From contig NC_057728.1 in assembly GCF_004010195.1 (NCBI RefSeq), positions 46,955,402 to 47,019,401 of the forward strand: a DNA stretch of 64,000 nt, written 5' to 3'. The position numbers and the translations under genes are program-made. This DNA is from Chiloscyllium plagiosum. Taxonomy: Eukaryota. This document shows, piece by piece, positions 1-13,241 of the stretch. How positions within the stretch are numbered: the first letter of the stretch is position 1; each line of letters begins with the position of its first letter. The notes under the pieces are model-generated. The model had not been told where the DNA came from and made no database searches. It worked only from the letters and a program-made list of their open reading frames with translations.

Positions 1-900
1 GGCCCAACAGTTTAATTTGCAGAGCAGTGGAATCAGTAGACCATGTATGTACTGGTTGTGGATGATTGTATCCCCTTTACTGTTATTTGAAAAACATTTC
101 ATAGAATCCCTACAGTGTGGAAACAGGCCCTTCGGCACAGCAACTCCACACTAACCCTCTACAAAGTGACCTCCCAGACCCATCCCCCTACTATCCTATA
201 TTTACTCCTGACCAATGCACCTGAGCTACACATCCCTGAACACTATGGGCAATTTAGCATGGCCAATTCACCTAACTTGCACATCTTTGGATTGTGGGAG
301 GAAACCGGAGCACCCGGAGGAAACCCACACAGAGACAGGGAGAATGTGCAAACTCACAAAGACAGTCGCCCGAGGCTGGAATTGAACCCGGGTCCCTGGC
401 ACTGTGAGGCAGCAGTGTTAATCACTGAGCCACAGTGCGCTTGCACTGCAGCCCCATGCTCCTGATTTTTGGGCACTCGGCGAAGAGGAGTGTGGGCAGG
501 TCAGAAGACCTCCTTGTAGGTCGGCTCCTGGGTCTGGCCAGGCTGGCTATAAAATAGGTCCAGACAGCGGGCTGTGGTGGGGGTCATATCTTCCAGCTGT
601 CTTCCCTCTTTCCTGGTTATGTTCATGCCTGGGTTCCTTGGAGAGGGAGCACGCTGTGATCATCAGTGCTCTCTATGCCCTTAGAGAGAGATGGGCACCA
701 CAGGGGATACAATGCTCTATTTCCCCATCCAACTCAACTTTGATTTAGTACCTTCCTTCCCTCCTGCCTCCACCTCACCTTTAATGGTTTGCATTGTCAT
801 CATGGACTTGTAAATATTTAATTGATTACATGGGTGATTAATGGTGGTGGTTAGTAGTTTAAAAAGAAAGTGATGATGATTTGGTGTTGGAATGTCTTTC
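1..900 (+). mobile_element. Tx1/L1-clade LINE ORF2 C-terminus and 3' end, interrupted by an HE1 SINE
   Basis: CRAVESVDHVCTGC zinc-finger-like motif before the SINE. LHCSPMLLIFGH...LLGLARLAI...LEREHAV...RERWAPQG after it. Confidence 0.75.
100..438 (-). mobile_element. HE1 SINE (tRNA-derived V-SINE)
   Basis: tRNA-like head with B box (gggttcaattcc on minus), V-domain ggtttcctccgggtgctccggtttcctcc, CR1-like 3' tail. Confidence 0.9.
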
Positions 901-1199
901 AGTCGTGTGTGAAAGGTAAGGAAGATTAAAGAATTAGATATTTGGCTATCAGTAGAGTATGTCTCAGAGGGTCCAGCCTTCTCCCAGCTGGTCACAGCTG
1001 TTTACCACCTTGGAGATCATCAGCAAACAAAATGTTTCTGAAACAGTGGTCAGATATCTACATGACAGGCATACCAGCTGCTCAGAAGAGAAAGTGGGGG
1101 GAGATCCTCTCAAGCATGCTGTGGGCAAGGTGGCACACTCCTTTGTAATGATACAAAAGAGAATTCATCATTACAAAGTGTCAAATGTATGGTGTATGC

Positions 1200-1600
1200 A
1201 GGACCTCAGTGTGCTTGCTTGTTCTCAATGCCCTCTTAAACAGCACTACGGTACCCTGACGCCAGCATTCCAGGCAGCAATGTCAGCAGCTTACGTCCAC
1301 ATCCGTGACTATAGCAGTGGCTTGAACTGTCACTGTCATTGTATGGCCAATAGATTCAACAAAGAGCAAATCTTTTATCGTGATCTTGCAGATGTCTGCC
1401 ACCACCTTGATGTGACAGACCCAGCCTCCTAAGACCCAGTCATGTCAAGGAAATTAACCTCTGTCAGTAGGTCATGCTTCCCAGCTTGTAGTTCTACAAA
1501 CTGTATCCCTCTGTTTGCAGAGCAAGAATTCTGTCACTGGTTACTGCCACTGGTCATATTTCTCTTCATCTGAGGGACAATTTAAAGTGAGCAAAGCAGC
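1200..1600 (-). mobile_element. PIF/Harbinger transposase (HARBI1-like) N-terminal remnant
   Basis: Minus-strand FLDMT..LRRLGLSH/VVADICKITIKDLL..GHTMTVTVQATA resembles the Harbinger N-terminal HTH region. Frameshifted and internally deleted. Confidence 0.6.
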
Positions 1601-1707
1601 AGCCAGTGAGATAGGACAGAGCAAACCTCCAAAATGCAGATAGCAAATTCTCAGAAAGACTTCAATGAGCAAGCTCTTTCCCGTGAGTAGTGCAGGATCT
1701 GAGACAA

Positions 1708-2968
1708 AGCAGGGGAGAATGTGTCTTACCAACTTAATAGAGTTCTTTGAGGAAGTGACCAAGTTGATAGATGAAGGAAGGACTGTTGATGTCATGTACA
1801 TGGACTTTAGTAAGGTAGTTAATAAGGTTGGTAAACTAATAGAGAAAGTGAAGTCACATGTGTGCAGGGGGTTCTAGCTAGGTGAATAAAGAACTGGTTG
1901 AGCAACAGGAGACAGAGAGTAGTAGTTGAAGGGAGTTTCTTGAAATGGAGATAGGCGATTAGTGGTGTTCCACAGGGATCAGTGCTGGGGCCAATTGTGA
2001 TATACATAAATGATCTGGAAGAGGGCACTGTTGGTATGATCAACAAGTTTGCAGATGACTCGAAGATTGGTGGAGTAGCAGAAAGAATAAGGGACTGTCA
2101 AAGAATACAGGAGAATAAATATAGCCTGGAGAGTTGGGTGGTAAAATGGCAGATGGAGTTCAATGCAGACAAATGTGAGGTGACGCATTTAGGCAAGTCT
2201 AATTCTAGAGCGAATTATACAATGAACAGAAGAGCCTTAGGAAAAGTTGATGAGCAGAGAGATCTGGGAGTGCAGGTCCATTGTACCCTGAAGGTTGCTG
2301 CACAGGTGGATAGGGTGGTCAAGAAGGCATATAGTATGCTTGCCTTCATCAGATGGGGTATTGAGTTGACAGGTCATGTTAAAATTGTACACGACGTTGG
2401 TTTGGCCACATTTAGAAGACAGTGGACAGTTCTGGTCGCCACATTACCAAAAGGATAAGGACGCTTTGGAGAGGGTGCAAAGAAGGTTTACGAAGATGCT
2501 GTCTGGTATGGAAGGTGCTAGCTATGAAGAGAGGTTGAGTAGGTTAGGTTTGTTTTCATTAGAAAACAGGAGATTGAGGGGGGACCTGACTGAGGTCTAC
2601 AAAATCATCAAGGGTAAAGACAGGGTAGACAGAGATAAGCTTTTTCCCAGGGTGAAGGATTTAATAACGAGAGGTTACGCTTTCAAGATGAGAGGTGAAA
2701 GGTTTAAGGGGCATACACGTGGCAAGTACTTTACACCAAGGGTGGGAGTTGGCTGGAACGCACTTCAGCAGAGCTGGTCGATACAGGCACGGTAGATTCA
2801 TTTAAGATGCGTCTGGACAGATGCATGAATAGGTGGGGAGCAGAGGGATACAGATGCTTAGGAATTGGGCGACAGGTTTAGACAGTAGATTTGGATAGAC
2901 TCAGGCTTGGAGGGCCGAAGGGCCTGTTACTGGGCTGTAAATTTCCTTTGTTCTTTGTTCTTTGTTCA
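1708..2968 (+). mobile_element. CR1 LINE, 5'-truncated (RT C-terminus and 3' tail)
   Basis: CLTNLIEFFEEVT, YMDFSK, PQGSVLGP, KFADDSK motifs. (ttctttg)n tail. Confidence 0.95.
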
Positions 2969-3074
2969 CAACTGCTTGTTCCAAGAGTCAGCACAGGTAC
3001 AAAGAAGAGAATGGCCTTCCTCTGTGCAGTATGTTTCTATGACTAGAAAAGTTTCTCATGGACAAGATCTATAG

Positions 3075-4268
3075 TCATTTCGAAACAAATTGACTTATTA
3101 ATGATAGACAGCATGGTTTTGTGCAGGGGAGGTCAGGCATCACTAACTTGAGGAGGTGATGAAGATGATTGATGAAAGAAAAGCAGTTGATGTTGTCTAC
3201 ATGGACTTCAGTAAAGTCTTTGACAAGGTCCCTCATGGAGACTGGTACAAAAGGTGAAGTCACATGGTATCAGGGTGAGCTGGCAAGCTGGATACAGAAT
3301 TGGCTTAGTCATAGCAGACAGAGGGTAATGCTGGAAGGATGCTTTTCATAATGGAGGGTTGTGTTAGGGATCAGTGCTGTCCGTGATCTACATAAATGAG
3401 TTTGCAGACAATACAAAGGCTGGTGGAATTGTGAGTAGTGAGGAGGATTGTCAGAGGATACAGCAGGATATAGATCAGTTGAAGGCATGTGCAGAGAAAT
3501 GGCAGATGGTGTTAAATTTGGACAAATGTGAGGTGATGCATTTTGGGAGGTCAAATACAGATGGAAATTATACTGTGAATGGCAGAGCGCTTAGGACTAT
3601 TGATATGTAGAGGGATCTGGGTGTGCATATACACAGATCACTAAAGGTGGAAGCACAGGTTGATAATAAGTGTACGGTATGCTTGCCTTCACTGGAAGGG
3701 ACATTGAGTATAAGGATAGGCAAGTTATGCTGCAACTTTATCGAACTTTGGTGATGTCATATTTGGAATACAGTTCTGGTCACCGCACTGCCAGAAGGAT
3801 GTGGAATTCTTTGGAGAGGGTACAAAAAAGGTTAACCAGGACGTGACTTGGTATGGGGAATTTTAACTATGGAAAAAGGTTGGATATACTGGATTTATTG
3901 TCACTGGAATGCAGGAGGTTTAGGGGTGACCTGATAGAAGTTTATAAGATTGTGAAGGGCAAGGATAGATTGGAAAGTATGAGGCTTTCTCTCAAGGTGC
4001 GAGGGGGTAAGTTTAAAAGAGATATGCAAAGCGGGTTTTTCACTCAAAGGGTGATGAGTGCCTGGAACACACTGCCAGAGGTGGTGGTGGAAGCAAGCAC
4101 AATAGCAGCATTCAAAAAGCACCTTGATGAATGCATGAATAAAAAGAAAATATTGGGAGATGGATTCTGTAAGTGAAGGCACTTTTAGTATGGAAGGGTA
4201 AAATGTGTCAGCTCAGGTTGGAGGGCCAAAGGGTCTGTTCCTGTGCTGTATTGTTCTTTGTTCTTTGA
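3075..4268 (+). mobile_element. CR1 LINE, 5'-truncated, degenerate
   Basis: FADNTK, WQMVLNLDKCEVMHFG, RGDLIEVYKI motifs. ttctttg tail. Confidence 0.93.
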
Positions 4269-4269
4269 C

Positions 4270-4790
4270 TTTCTTGCCTGTGGTTCTGATGATGACTGTA
4301 GCCCTGAATTATGATGACTCAGCGTCGCTCTAGGCTGCAACATGTGACATTATTGACGTCTGTTGGTGATATTCCATGCAACTCAGAAGAGTTGCATCAA
4401 CTCCCTCATGAGAAGAGGTGGCCCAAGAAGAAAGTGCACCTCTTTCTTCACTAGAAACACAAAAAAGGCATGTGACATAATTAATTGTACACAGCCTTGC
4501 ACATTCCACAGGAAGATCACAAACAACTTAATAACAGCAGAAACTTCCAATTGCTCAATCTGGAATTGGTGCGTCAACAGGTAACGCCAGGCCTAATTTT
4601 CCAATGGCTGGCAGGATGCCTTCTTCCTGCAGTATTCCTCAAAGTCACCAACAGCATGCCTCTATCAACCTTCTCGCACCAAAAGGTTGTCAGGTTGGAT
4701 TGTTTTTCATTAAAGGTAAGGCCCATCTTGAATTTCCCTCGAGCTGTTGGAATTGGGCTGCCTGTTTGAACACTGATATTCATTTAGTAC
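4270..4790 (-). mobile_element. Possible Harbinger Myb/SANT gene remnant
   Basis: Weak KQAAQF and VTLRN..CRKK similarity across frameshifts. Confidence 0.3.
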
Positions 4791-5266
4791 AGAGCTGTGA
4801 GGGAAGGAGTTTCAGGATTTTGACCCAGTTGCAATTATGTAAACACAATCTAGTTCCAAACGAGGATGGTGCATGGCTTGTCTGGGGACAGATGATACCT
4901 CCTGAGGATGGCTCCTGTCAGACCAAGCCCTAAGTGTCACATTGGAGGGCTCATCCAGCAAGGCTTTATGGGTAGAGTTCAGGAATAAGAAGGGTGCAGT
5001 CACTTTAATGGGATTGTACGGTAGGTCTCCCAACCACCAGCAGGTGATGGAGGAACAGATATTTGTACAGATTATGGAAAAATGCCAAAGCAACAGTATT
5101 GTTCTTGTGGGTTATTTTGACTTCCCCTATATTGCCTGGGACCTTCTTAGTGCCAGGAACTTGTTTGGATGGGGTTGGGGGGGATTTGTTAGGTGCACCC
5201 AGGAGAGCTTTTTGAAGTAATATGTAACTAGTCTAACTAGGGAAAACCTGGTATTGGGGAATGAGG

Positions 5267-5355
5267 TAAAAACAATGACTGTAGATGCTGGAAACCAGAT
5301 TCTGGATCAGTGGTGCTGGAAGAGCACAGCAATTCAGGCAGCATCCGAGGACAGG
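5267..5355 (-). mobile_element. Penelope-like terminal fragment with 14-bp TSD
   Basis: attggggaatgagg at 5253-5266 and 5356-5369 flanks gatgctggaaaccag...gcagcatccgagg. Confidence 0.75.
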
Positions 5356-5540
5356 ATTGGGGAATGAGGCCAGCCAAGTGATCAAAGTTTCAGTGGGGAA
5401 GCATTTCGGGAACAGTGATCCTAAGTCCTTACATTTTAAGTTACTTATGGATAAAGGATAAGAGTAGTCCTCTGGTGAAAATACCATTTTGTGGGAAGGC
5501 TAATTATGACAATATTAGGCAGGCACTGGAGAATGTGGAT

Positions 5541-5921
5541 GTAGGTTTGCTCGCTGAGCTGGGAGGTTCATTTTCAGAAATTTTGTCACCATATTAAGTA
5601 ACATCATCCGTGAACCTCCAGATGAAGCACTGATGGAATGGCCTGCTTTCTATTTATGTGTTTAGGTTCCCTTGGGTTGATGGTGTCATTTCCTATGGTG
5701 ACACCATTTCCTGTTGTTTTTCTCAGGGGGTGGTAAATGGGATTCAAATAGAGTTGATAGAGTTCCAGTTGGAATGCCATGCTTCCAGGAATTCTCGTGC
5801 GTGTCTCTGTCCTAGGATGGATGTGTTGTCCCAGTCAAAGTGGTGTCCTTACACATCTGTGTAAGGATACTAGTGAGAGTGGGTCATGTGTTTTTGTGGC
5901 TAGGTGATGTTCATGTATCCT
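5541..5921 (-). mobile_element. Penelope-like element 3' end (GIY-YIG C-terminus)
   Basis: Minus: IHEHHLATKTHDPLSLVS..GHHFDWDNTSILG..RHAREFLEAWHSN. Confidence 0.8.
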
Positions 5922-6830
5922 GGCAAGAGGGTGGCAAGTGCCTGTATTGCACTGCTTGAGGAGGTGGATACAAATGCAACATTTAAGAGCCATCTTGACA
6001 GATATGTGAATAGACAGGTAATAGAGGGATACAGACCATGTAAAGGCAAGAGCGTTTTACTTTAGAAAGATATTGTATCTCAGACAGGCTTGAAGGTGAG
6101 CCAAATGGCTTGTTTCTGTTCTGTGCTGTTCTTTGTTATTTGCATAAAATCATTCATTCACTAAACTCAGATTGAACAAATATTTGGCCTTCTCAAACAT
6201 AATTTGTGGCAGAATAAATATGGATGCATCCTTTCTGGAATACGGTGCATTTTACCCTCATTGCATTGAGTTTTTGTTCTGTGGATTTATTTGAAGCTGT
6301 GTTTTTTTTTTCATCTTGAGTAGCTTTAGTTCTAATGAATGCAACATAATACATCTAACACAATCTGAGTTAAAGTAGTTTTAAAGCATTTAATTTACGG
6401 GTATAGTAGCGCAGTGGTTGTTTTATTGGACTGGTAGCCCAGAGACATGTGTTTGAATCCCACCACAGACCTTAGGGAAATTAAATTCAATCAATTCAAC
6501 CAGAATAGAATACAAGAAGTAGGAGCTGAAATGGACTATAATGAATAATAGACTTTGAACCTACTCTGATATTTAACTCAGTCATAGCAAACCTACTAGC
6601 TCAAAGTCATTTTTTCTGCCTGTGCCCCTTGTCCCTCATGTTTCTGGGAGATTAAATATCTGTCCATTTCAATTATGAATCGTCACAATCATAGAAAATC
6701 CATTAACTCTCTAAAGCAGAGAATTCCAAAAATTCACAACCATTAAGAGAAGTTTCTCCATCTTAAATGTTCAGTCAGGAGGAACAACTTCTCAGAGTCT
6801 ACTTTGTCAAGCCCGTTCAGAATCTTGGTC

Positions 6831-7072
6831 AACAAGTGTGGCGCTGGAAAAGCATAGGCGGTCAGGCAGTAGTCGAGGAGTAGGAGAGTCGATGTTTCGA
6901 GCATAAGCTCTTCATCAGGAATGTGGGGGCAGTGGGTGGGGCCAGGCAGGCTGAGGGATAAATGGGAGGGTGTGAGGCTGAGGGGTAGGTAGGTAGGAAT
7001 GTGATAGATAGATGAAGGTTGGAGTGATGGTGATAGGTCAGAGTGGATGGTGGAGCGGGTAGATGGGAAGGA
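6831..7072 (-). mobile_element. Penelope-like terminal repeat with hammerhead motif
   Basis: Minus: attcctgatgaagagcttatgctcgaaacatcga at about 6889-6922. Confidence 0.8.
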
Positions 7073-7089
7073 ATGAGAGATTTTGGTTA

Positions 7090-7408
7090 TTAGATTAGAT
7101 TGCTTACAGTGTGGAAACAGGCCCTTCGGCCCAACAAGTCCACACCGACCCGCCAATGCGCAACCCACCAAGACCCATTCCCCTACATTTACCCCTTCAC
7201 CTCACACTACGGGCAATTTAGCATGGCCAATTCACCTAACCTGCACATTTTTGGAATGTGGGAGGAAACCGGAGCACTCGGAGGAAACCCACGCAGACAT
7301 GCGGAGAATGTGCAAACTCCACACAGACAATTGCCTGAGGCAGGAATTGAACCTAGGTCTCTTGCGCTGTGAGGCAGCAGTGCTAACCACTGTGCCACCA
7401 TGCCGCCC
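7090..7408 (-). mobile_element. HE1 SINE, full length
   Basis: Minus head gggcggcatggtggcacagtggttagcact, V-domain, (tctaa)n tail. Confidence 0.93.
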
Positions 7409-8284
7409 AAAATGGGTGGATTATGTGGATAGATATGTGGAGAAACTAGGATTCTTCTCCCTGGAAGACAGAATATAGAAAGGAGTTATAATCAAGACAT
7501 TCAAAATCACGAGGGAACTAGATAGAAATAAATTATTCTTACTGTTGGAAGTCCTGAAAACCAGAGTACATTGAATCAAAGTTAATGGCAATAAAAACAT
7601 GCAAACAGAAGGTTTTTTTAAAAAACACATTAATCTGGTATGGACTGCCTGAGAACGCAGTGGAGGCAGTTTCAATTATCGCTTTCAAAGGTAAGTTGGA
7701 TTAGTATCCAAAGAAAAATATTTTCAGGGCCACAGGGCAATAGCAGGAGAGGAGGGCTAGCTAAATAACTTTTTCGAGAAATAGCATGCATGCCAAAAGG
7801 CAAGATAGTCTCCCTCTGTGTTGTAACTAATCTATGATACTGTGCTTCTAAACTGCCCTCTGTAACAGCTTAGCAAACTATTCAGCTATATCATCATGTG
7901 CTCAAGGGCAATTAGAAATGGACAATAAATCTAGCCTTGCCTGTGACGCCCACATCCCGTGAATGAAAAACGGAAAAGGAAATTAGCACTCGCAGAAATA
8001 ACTCCATTTCACAAAGATAATCCAATGTAAAACTCAGATTGCTGAATACCTGAGATTCAATCAAATATTCATTAACTTGCAGATAAATTAAATTACCTTT
8101 GTATCAGCTTTATTTTCAATAAAATTAACTTCTGCAATTGAATACAATAAAAGATTAAATTGTTCAATAATTTATATGGTAATGTGTCTTACCACACATT
8201 GCACCATTACCAAGCACTAGGAAACTGATGATTTATAACGTGTGAAAATATGTAACAAGAGAAAAGACATTTAACATATCTCAC

Positions 8285-8372
8285 CTGTAAATTTCCAATG
8301 CTATGTACTCTCTACTCTATCAAAGATTTAGTTTAAGACGTTTAACAACCTGGAGAAAGCATCTGTTAAAAT
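8285..8372 (-). pseudogene. 88-nt exon-like block with strong splice sites, stops in all frames
   Basis: ccttgttttgcag acceptor and cag|gtgag donor. Best frame DFNRCFLQVVKRLKLNL*. Confidence 0.4.
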
Positions 8373-9799
8373 CTGCAAAACAAGGAAACACCCCAGAGTA
8401 AATGAAACTTTAAACACATTATCAAACCAGCATTTCTGCACAGCCTATTTCTTTCTGTTACATTTGTAGCAAGTTCAAGTCCACATTCTTGTGAGTGAAC
8501 AATGGCAGCTTTTGTTAAACATTCTGACACACAAGGGTTGGTAAGAGACTATGTCTTCTAGGACCCTACAGACTCTAGTCATGTGATCCAACATACAGAA
8601 GAGATCCTTTCATACGTGCTCAGTTGCTATTCTTCGGGTAAAGGTGTACTCAACCCTTTACTCCACATGTTAGACACAAGAACTTCAGGGAAGATTTTCT
8701 GAATCCTTGCCACCAATAGCAAGCAGGAGAAAGTTGTCAAACATCATCTACAGTCTTCAGCCACTGAGGCAAATGAGTTACAACTAGTAGGTACTGGTAG
8801 CAAGTGAGAATTCAGAAAATCTATCTTTACTATTTGCCTGCAGTCAGTGAGTTCTTGGATCTTTAATTAATTCTGTGATTAGACTTAATATGCATGCAAG
8901 TATCAAGTTTAGTGTTGCTAGAGCCGGTTTTAATTTTAGGTGGCTAATGGATGAGCAGAAACCACGTTTCTGAAAGTTTTATAGGAACATAGGCACAGGG
9001 GTGTGCCATTAAGCACATAGAGCCTGTTCCACCATTCAATAAGATCATGGCTGATGTCTGGCCTATCTCCATATACCTACCTGAGACCCCTATCCCTTAA
9101 CATTTTCACTTAACAAAAAATCTCAGATTTAGAGTTAACAACTGATGCAACATCCACTGCCGTCCACTGTTGGATAAACTCCTGTCTGCTTCTTCCCATT
9201 CCCCCATCACCCCACTCTGTCCCAAGCCCTACCCAACCCCAATAATGGTACAGTCACAGAAATATCTTCTCTCCAAACTTTCAGAGGGTACAGCTGCTTG
9301 AGAAACGCCATGTTATTATTCCACGAAATTAGTACACGGTGACAGAAATAACATGTTACTCAATCTACAAATACCAAAGATGTCTAAAAGTATGGTGGCA
9401 GACAGACCGTAAGACAGCGGTGAAGTAGGCCATTCAGCCCACCAATAGCCCATTCGATGCGATCATGGCTGATTTGATTTCACTTTCCCACTTTTGCCCC
9501 TAACCTTTGCTTCCCTGATTAATTAAAAATCTGTCTATTTCAACCTTGAATATACTAATGGCCAGCCTCAACAGCCCTCTGCAGTAAAGAATTCCATGGG
9601 CAAGTAGCAACCTAGTAACCAAACCAAAGCTTAGGCTTCTGGAATGAGGAGCAATGGTGTTAGCAGGACCCCTTGTCCTGTATGTATCATGATCCCCTTC
9701 CTGCAGCAGACTTTCACCACAACCATTGATCCATGATCCATCCCATGTCATCATCAAGTTAAGGTTTATGTTGAAGCAGTTATGTTTAGAATAATATAG

Positions 9800-10870
9800 A
9801 GGGGCAAGGCCAAAGCAGTTACATTTATAGAGTAATAAGCATCAAATAATGTACAGGTGCCACCAATATTCCCTCAATAGGTTTGTCTGCTTGTTCATCT
9901 CTCACTATGTTGTAGTGTACTCCCTTGTTCCACAGCTGGGGTGGAGGGAGACTAGTTTGCTGTGAGTTTGGTTGGCCCTGGAGGTTTGCTCAGGTATCCA
10001 AAGGGTTTTTATGTCTGGATGGACCAGACATGCTGAGGGAGAGGGGACCAGCTGCTTCTGGAGAGTCCCGAGCTGAGAAGGTTGCATGTGTTTCCTTCTC
10101 TGGCTGAATGTCTCCTGGTATCACCTTGTCTTCTCATGAAGAGAGGTCACCTGGAACGCTCACTCACCATGATCCCTGTGCCTCGGTCTTCATGCTTCTG
10201 ACCCTGAGAACCAATGGCCGGGTCAATGGAATCCTGGTGCCTCTCCAGCAATCCCTGAGAGGGCTGTCCCAGGCTTTCCATGGCAGCTGCCAACCTGACA
10301 ATGGAAGTAGCTGTACAGTCAAGAGACTCGTTACATTGCTGCAGCTTTTGGGCTAAGCGGGCCATTGCAAGCCACAGACCTGTCTGCTCTCCAGTTCCTC
10401 CCTATGCATGTGGATGAAATCCCTAATTGCTGACATTACAGCGCCCTCTTCTGCTTGTGGCTGAGCAGTACCTGGTCTCTGGCCGTCCATCAATGCCAGT
10501 GACCTAGGTCATTTCTTCCTCTCCCAGCTGTGGGACTGTTGCAGTGAGACGCTCATCAGATTGTACTCCGACACTAACGTTCCCTCTGTTTGTATCTGAG
10601 CTGCTCAAGGGTCAGGAGGCAGCCTTGCTGATGCATTATCTGAGGCTTTGGTACTGACATTCTCAGAGGTCCAAGTGGTTTCTCACAGACAGTTGGCTGT
10701 TTCACTGTGGTGATGGTGGAGAGGCTAGCAAAACCGCCAAAACAGACAGTAGGCTTTGCAGCCAGTGATTAGAAGCCAAAATGCAGTGAATGAGACTGAC
10801 AGCTGGATTAAGGTATGAATTGCGATGGAATGAAGAGTGGTACTTACTCTGTTGATGCAGCATGGATATC
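9800..10870 (-). mobile_element. Harbinger Myb/SANT-gene remnant (C-terminal coiled-coil part)
   Basis: ORF 10147-10365 TATSIVRLAAAMESLGQ resembles the coiled coil of shark Harbinger accessory proteins. GC-richer than the flanks. Confidence 0.5.
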
Positions 10871-10959
10871 CCTCTAAGAGTGGTCCCAGACTTTGTCAGT
10901 TAAAACCAATGTTTCAACTATCTCTCTAACCACTTCATTTAAGACCCTAAAATAAAGTC

Positions 10960-12550
10960 CATTAGGACCCAAGCACTTGTCAGCCGCAACTCCAAATGAT
11001 TTGCTCAGTACCATTTCTCTGGTTATTGTTATTTTTCTGGGTTAGTCTCTACTTTCCATTGACTGTTTTATAAATTGGTTCTGTGATATTATTTCTACAG
11101 TGAAGATGGATTCAAAAACCACTTCAATTCATCTGCCCTTTATTTTCAATGATCAATTCTTCACTCACACTTTCTGTGGTACTAATTCTCCCTTTATTAA
11201 GTCTATTCTTCGTTAAATATTTAGAGAAACTCTCACCATCTGTTTTTACATTTCTGGCTAACTTTCTTTCTAATCTTTCCCTCTTATGAATTTTTTGGTC
11301 ATACTTTGCTGTCTTGTTTTATATTGTTAGGTCAAAATTCCAAAGGTGTTGCACATGGACTGCAGTGATTTATGAAGGCAGTTCAACACCACCTTTTCAA
11401 GGGCAACTAGGGATAGGTAATAAATACTGGCCCAGCCAGTAACGCTGACACCACATGAGTGAATTTAAAGAAATTCTGTCCAATGTTTCAAGCAGCCACC
11501 TGTCTCTGCACAATCATATTTTATTAATTTACTTTGACTCTATCTTTATAATCTCTCATTAACTATGAATGGTCTGTCTGTCTCTTGGACTTTTGTTTTT
11601 ACTTTTTGGAATGTATCCATTCTGTATATTCTGAAATATCCTCCTAAATATCTGTCACTGTATTTCTGTTGACCTATCCTTTAACCTAATTTGCCAATTC
11701 ACGTTGCTTTCACTTCCTCACAATTGTTTTTTTAATTGTCTTAGACCCATTCCTCTATACCTAAAACCAAATGTAAGATTCAATCAAATTATGATCGCTG
11801 CCAGAATCTTCACTCTAAGATCATCAATTAATCCTATCTTGTTACACAATCCCCAGATCTAGTATAGCTTCCTCTCTAGTCAGCTCCAGGGTTCTGCTGT
11901 TCGAAGAAACTTAACCTGAAAACAATCTATGACCTTCTCACCTGAGTGACATTTGCTCATCTGAATTTTCCAGTCAATATGTAGATATGTTCAATATCAT
12001 AGTACCTTTCCAGCAAGGTTTTGTTATTTCTTCCTTTATATCCCATGCTACTGTGTAGTTACTTTAGCTGACCTGTACTCTCACAAATTATTTCTTGCCT
12101 TTCTCATTTCTCATTTCTACCCAAACTATTCCTGTATTTCGGTTTCTGGGACTGAAGTCATCCGTTTCAGCTGCGTTGATACAATCATTGGTTAACAAAG
12201 CTAACCTTACAACTGTCCCTAATTTCCTCTCACAGATTCAACTCTCCATCCCCTCCTGCCACTGTCTATCATTTCCCATATTAAAACCTTTCTCTTTGTT
12301 GTTGACTCTACTCTTGAATTTACTACAATTTCCCAAATTTGATTCTTCACCCACGAGTTAATTTAAAATCCTCTCGACTTCCCTTGTTGTGTGGTTGGGA
12401 AAAACATCAGCCCCAGTACAAGCCATCCCAACTGTACAGATCTTAATTGCTCAGTACCCCAGCCAGAACCCCACAAATCAGATCCACTTCTCTCACACCA
12501 GTCTTTGAACCACGTATTCATCTCTTTAATCTGCTTTTCACTCCGTCATT
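10960..12550 (-). mobile_element. Old degenerate CR1 LINE (endonuclease region)
   Basis: Pyrimidine-rich plus strand with degenerate CR1 ORF2 motifs (GSDHNLIE, WLNDLCEK-like) on minus. Confidence 0.55.
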
Positions 12551-12556
12551 TGTACA

Positions 12557-13241
12557 CTGAGGTGGGCATTAGGTAAGTTAAACAGGTCCCATCACCAAGT
12601 CACCTTTTATTTACGTGTGGTTTGTACATGGGCTCTGACCAGCCAGCTGAGAGACAGTACCTGAATCTCCTGTGATTTTTTTTTTACATCTATTCAACAT
12701 TCAATGAAGATGATCAAGGTTACATTACTTTCTTTTCATGGTGAATAAACTGCAGCAGGCTACCTACAAATCAAACGGACAAACATTTTCTCCAGATCTG
12801 TTTTATCAAGTTGTTAACTAAACAAATCATGTTCCAGTTAGGGTTCTCATTACGCAGTGAAAATTCCACAAAATACATTCGAAGAATTGTCAGAGGTGGG
12901 CAATTATAGGGGCAATTATATGATTGCCAAAATCAACTTCGCTTGGTTCTGGCCAACTACAGCGAAAGCTGACACCAAGATGAGCAGCACTGCACACAGG
13001 TCCAGTGTCACGTTAATTTAGAGTTACTGCAACTGGTTGCCAGGAAACAGAAGACGACTGCTGAACGAGAGCAGTGTACTATTACTAACTGGAGAAGTAA
13101 ATAAAGATACAGCATTTGCTTGTCAATTCATCTCCTGTGTTATCTGTCAACCAGGGCTCCCTGATTGGCCCAGGTTAATAACCCCAATCAAGGATCTCAC
13201 AGCCAATGAGATCCACCTAGCCCTGGTTCCAGTCCCTATCA
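12557..13241 (-). mobile_element. Short solo LTR split by a 455-bp insertion
   Basis: Minus: tgataggg...ccaatcagggagccctgg...aaataaaaggtgacttggtgatggga...ca. The two halves are separated by the TSD atctcctgtg. Confidence 0.6.
12675..13129 (-). other. Retroposed unique sequence with poly(A) tail and 10-bp TSD
   Basis: T-run at 12676-12686. atctcctgtg at 12665-12674 and 13130-13139. Confidence 0.65.

Larger units (their letters stand above)
4925..6140 (+). mobile_element. CR1 LINE fragments (APE endonuclease region and 3' end) with nested Penelope insertions
   Basis: ALWVEFRNKKGAVTLMGLYGRSPN, GYFDFPYIAW, EHFGNSD. CR1 tail at about 5950-6140. Confidence 0.85.
6400..7968 (+). mobile_element. 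Old SacSINE1/DeuSINE-like element split by nested CR1, Penelope and HE1 insertions
   Basis: tRNA-like head at 6400-6500 and matching tail gggcaattag...gtgaatgaaa at 7850-7968. Confidence 0.55.

Noticed and set aside
959..1432. 157-aa plus-strand ORF as a gene
   Set aside because: No recognisable domain, and partly antisense to a Harbinger transposase remnant.
7340..7408. tRNA gene
   Set aside because: tRNA-derived head of an HE1 SINE, continuous with the SINE body.
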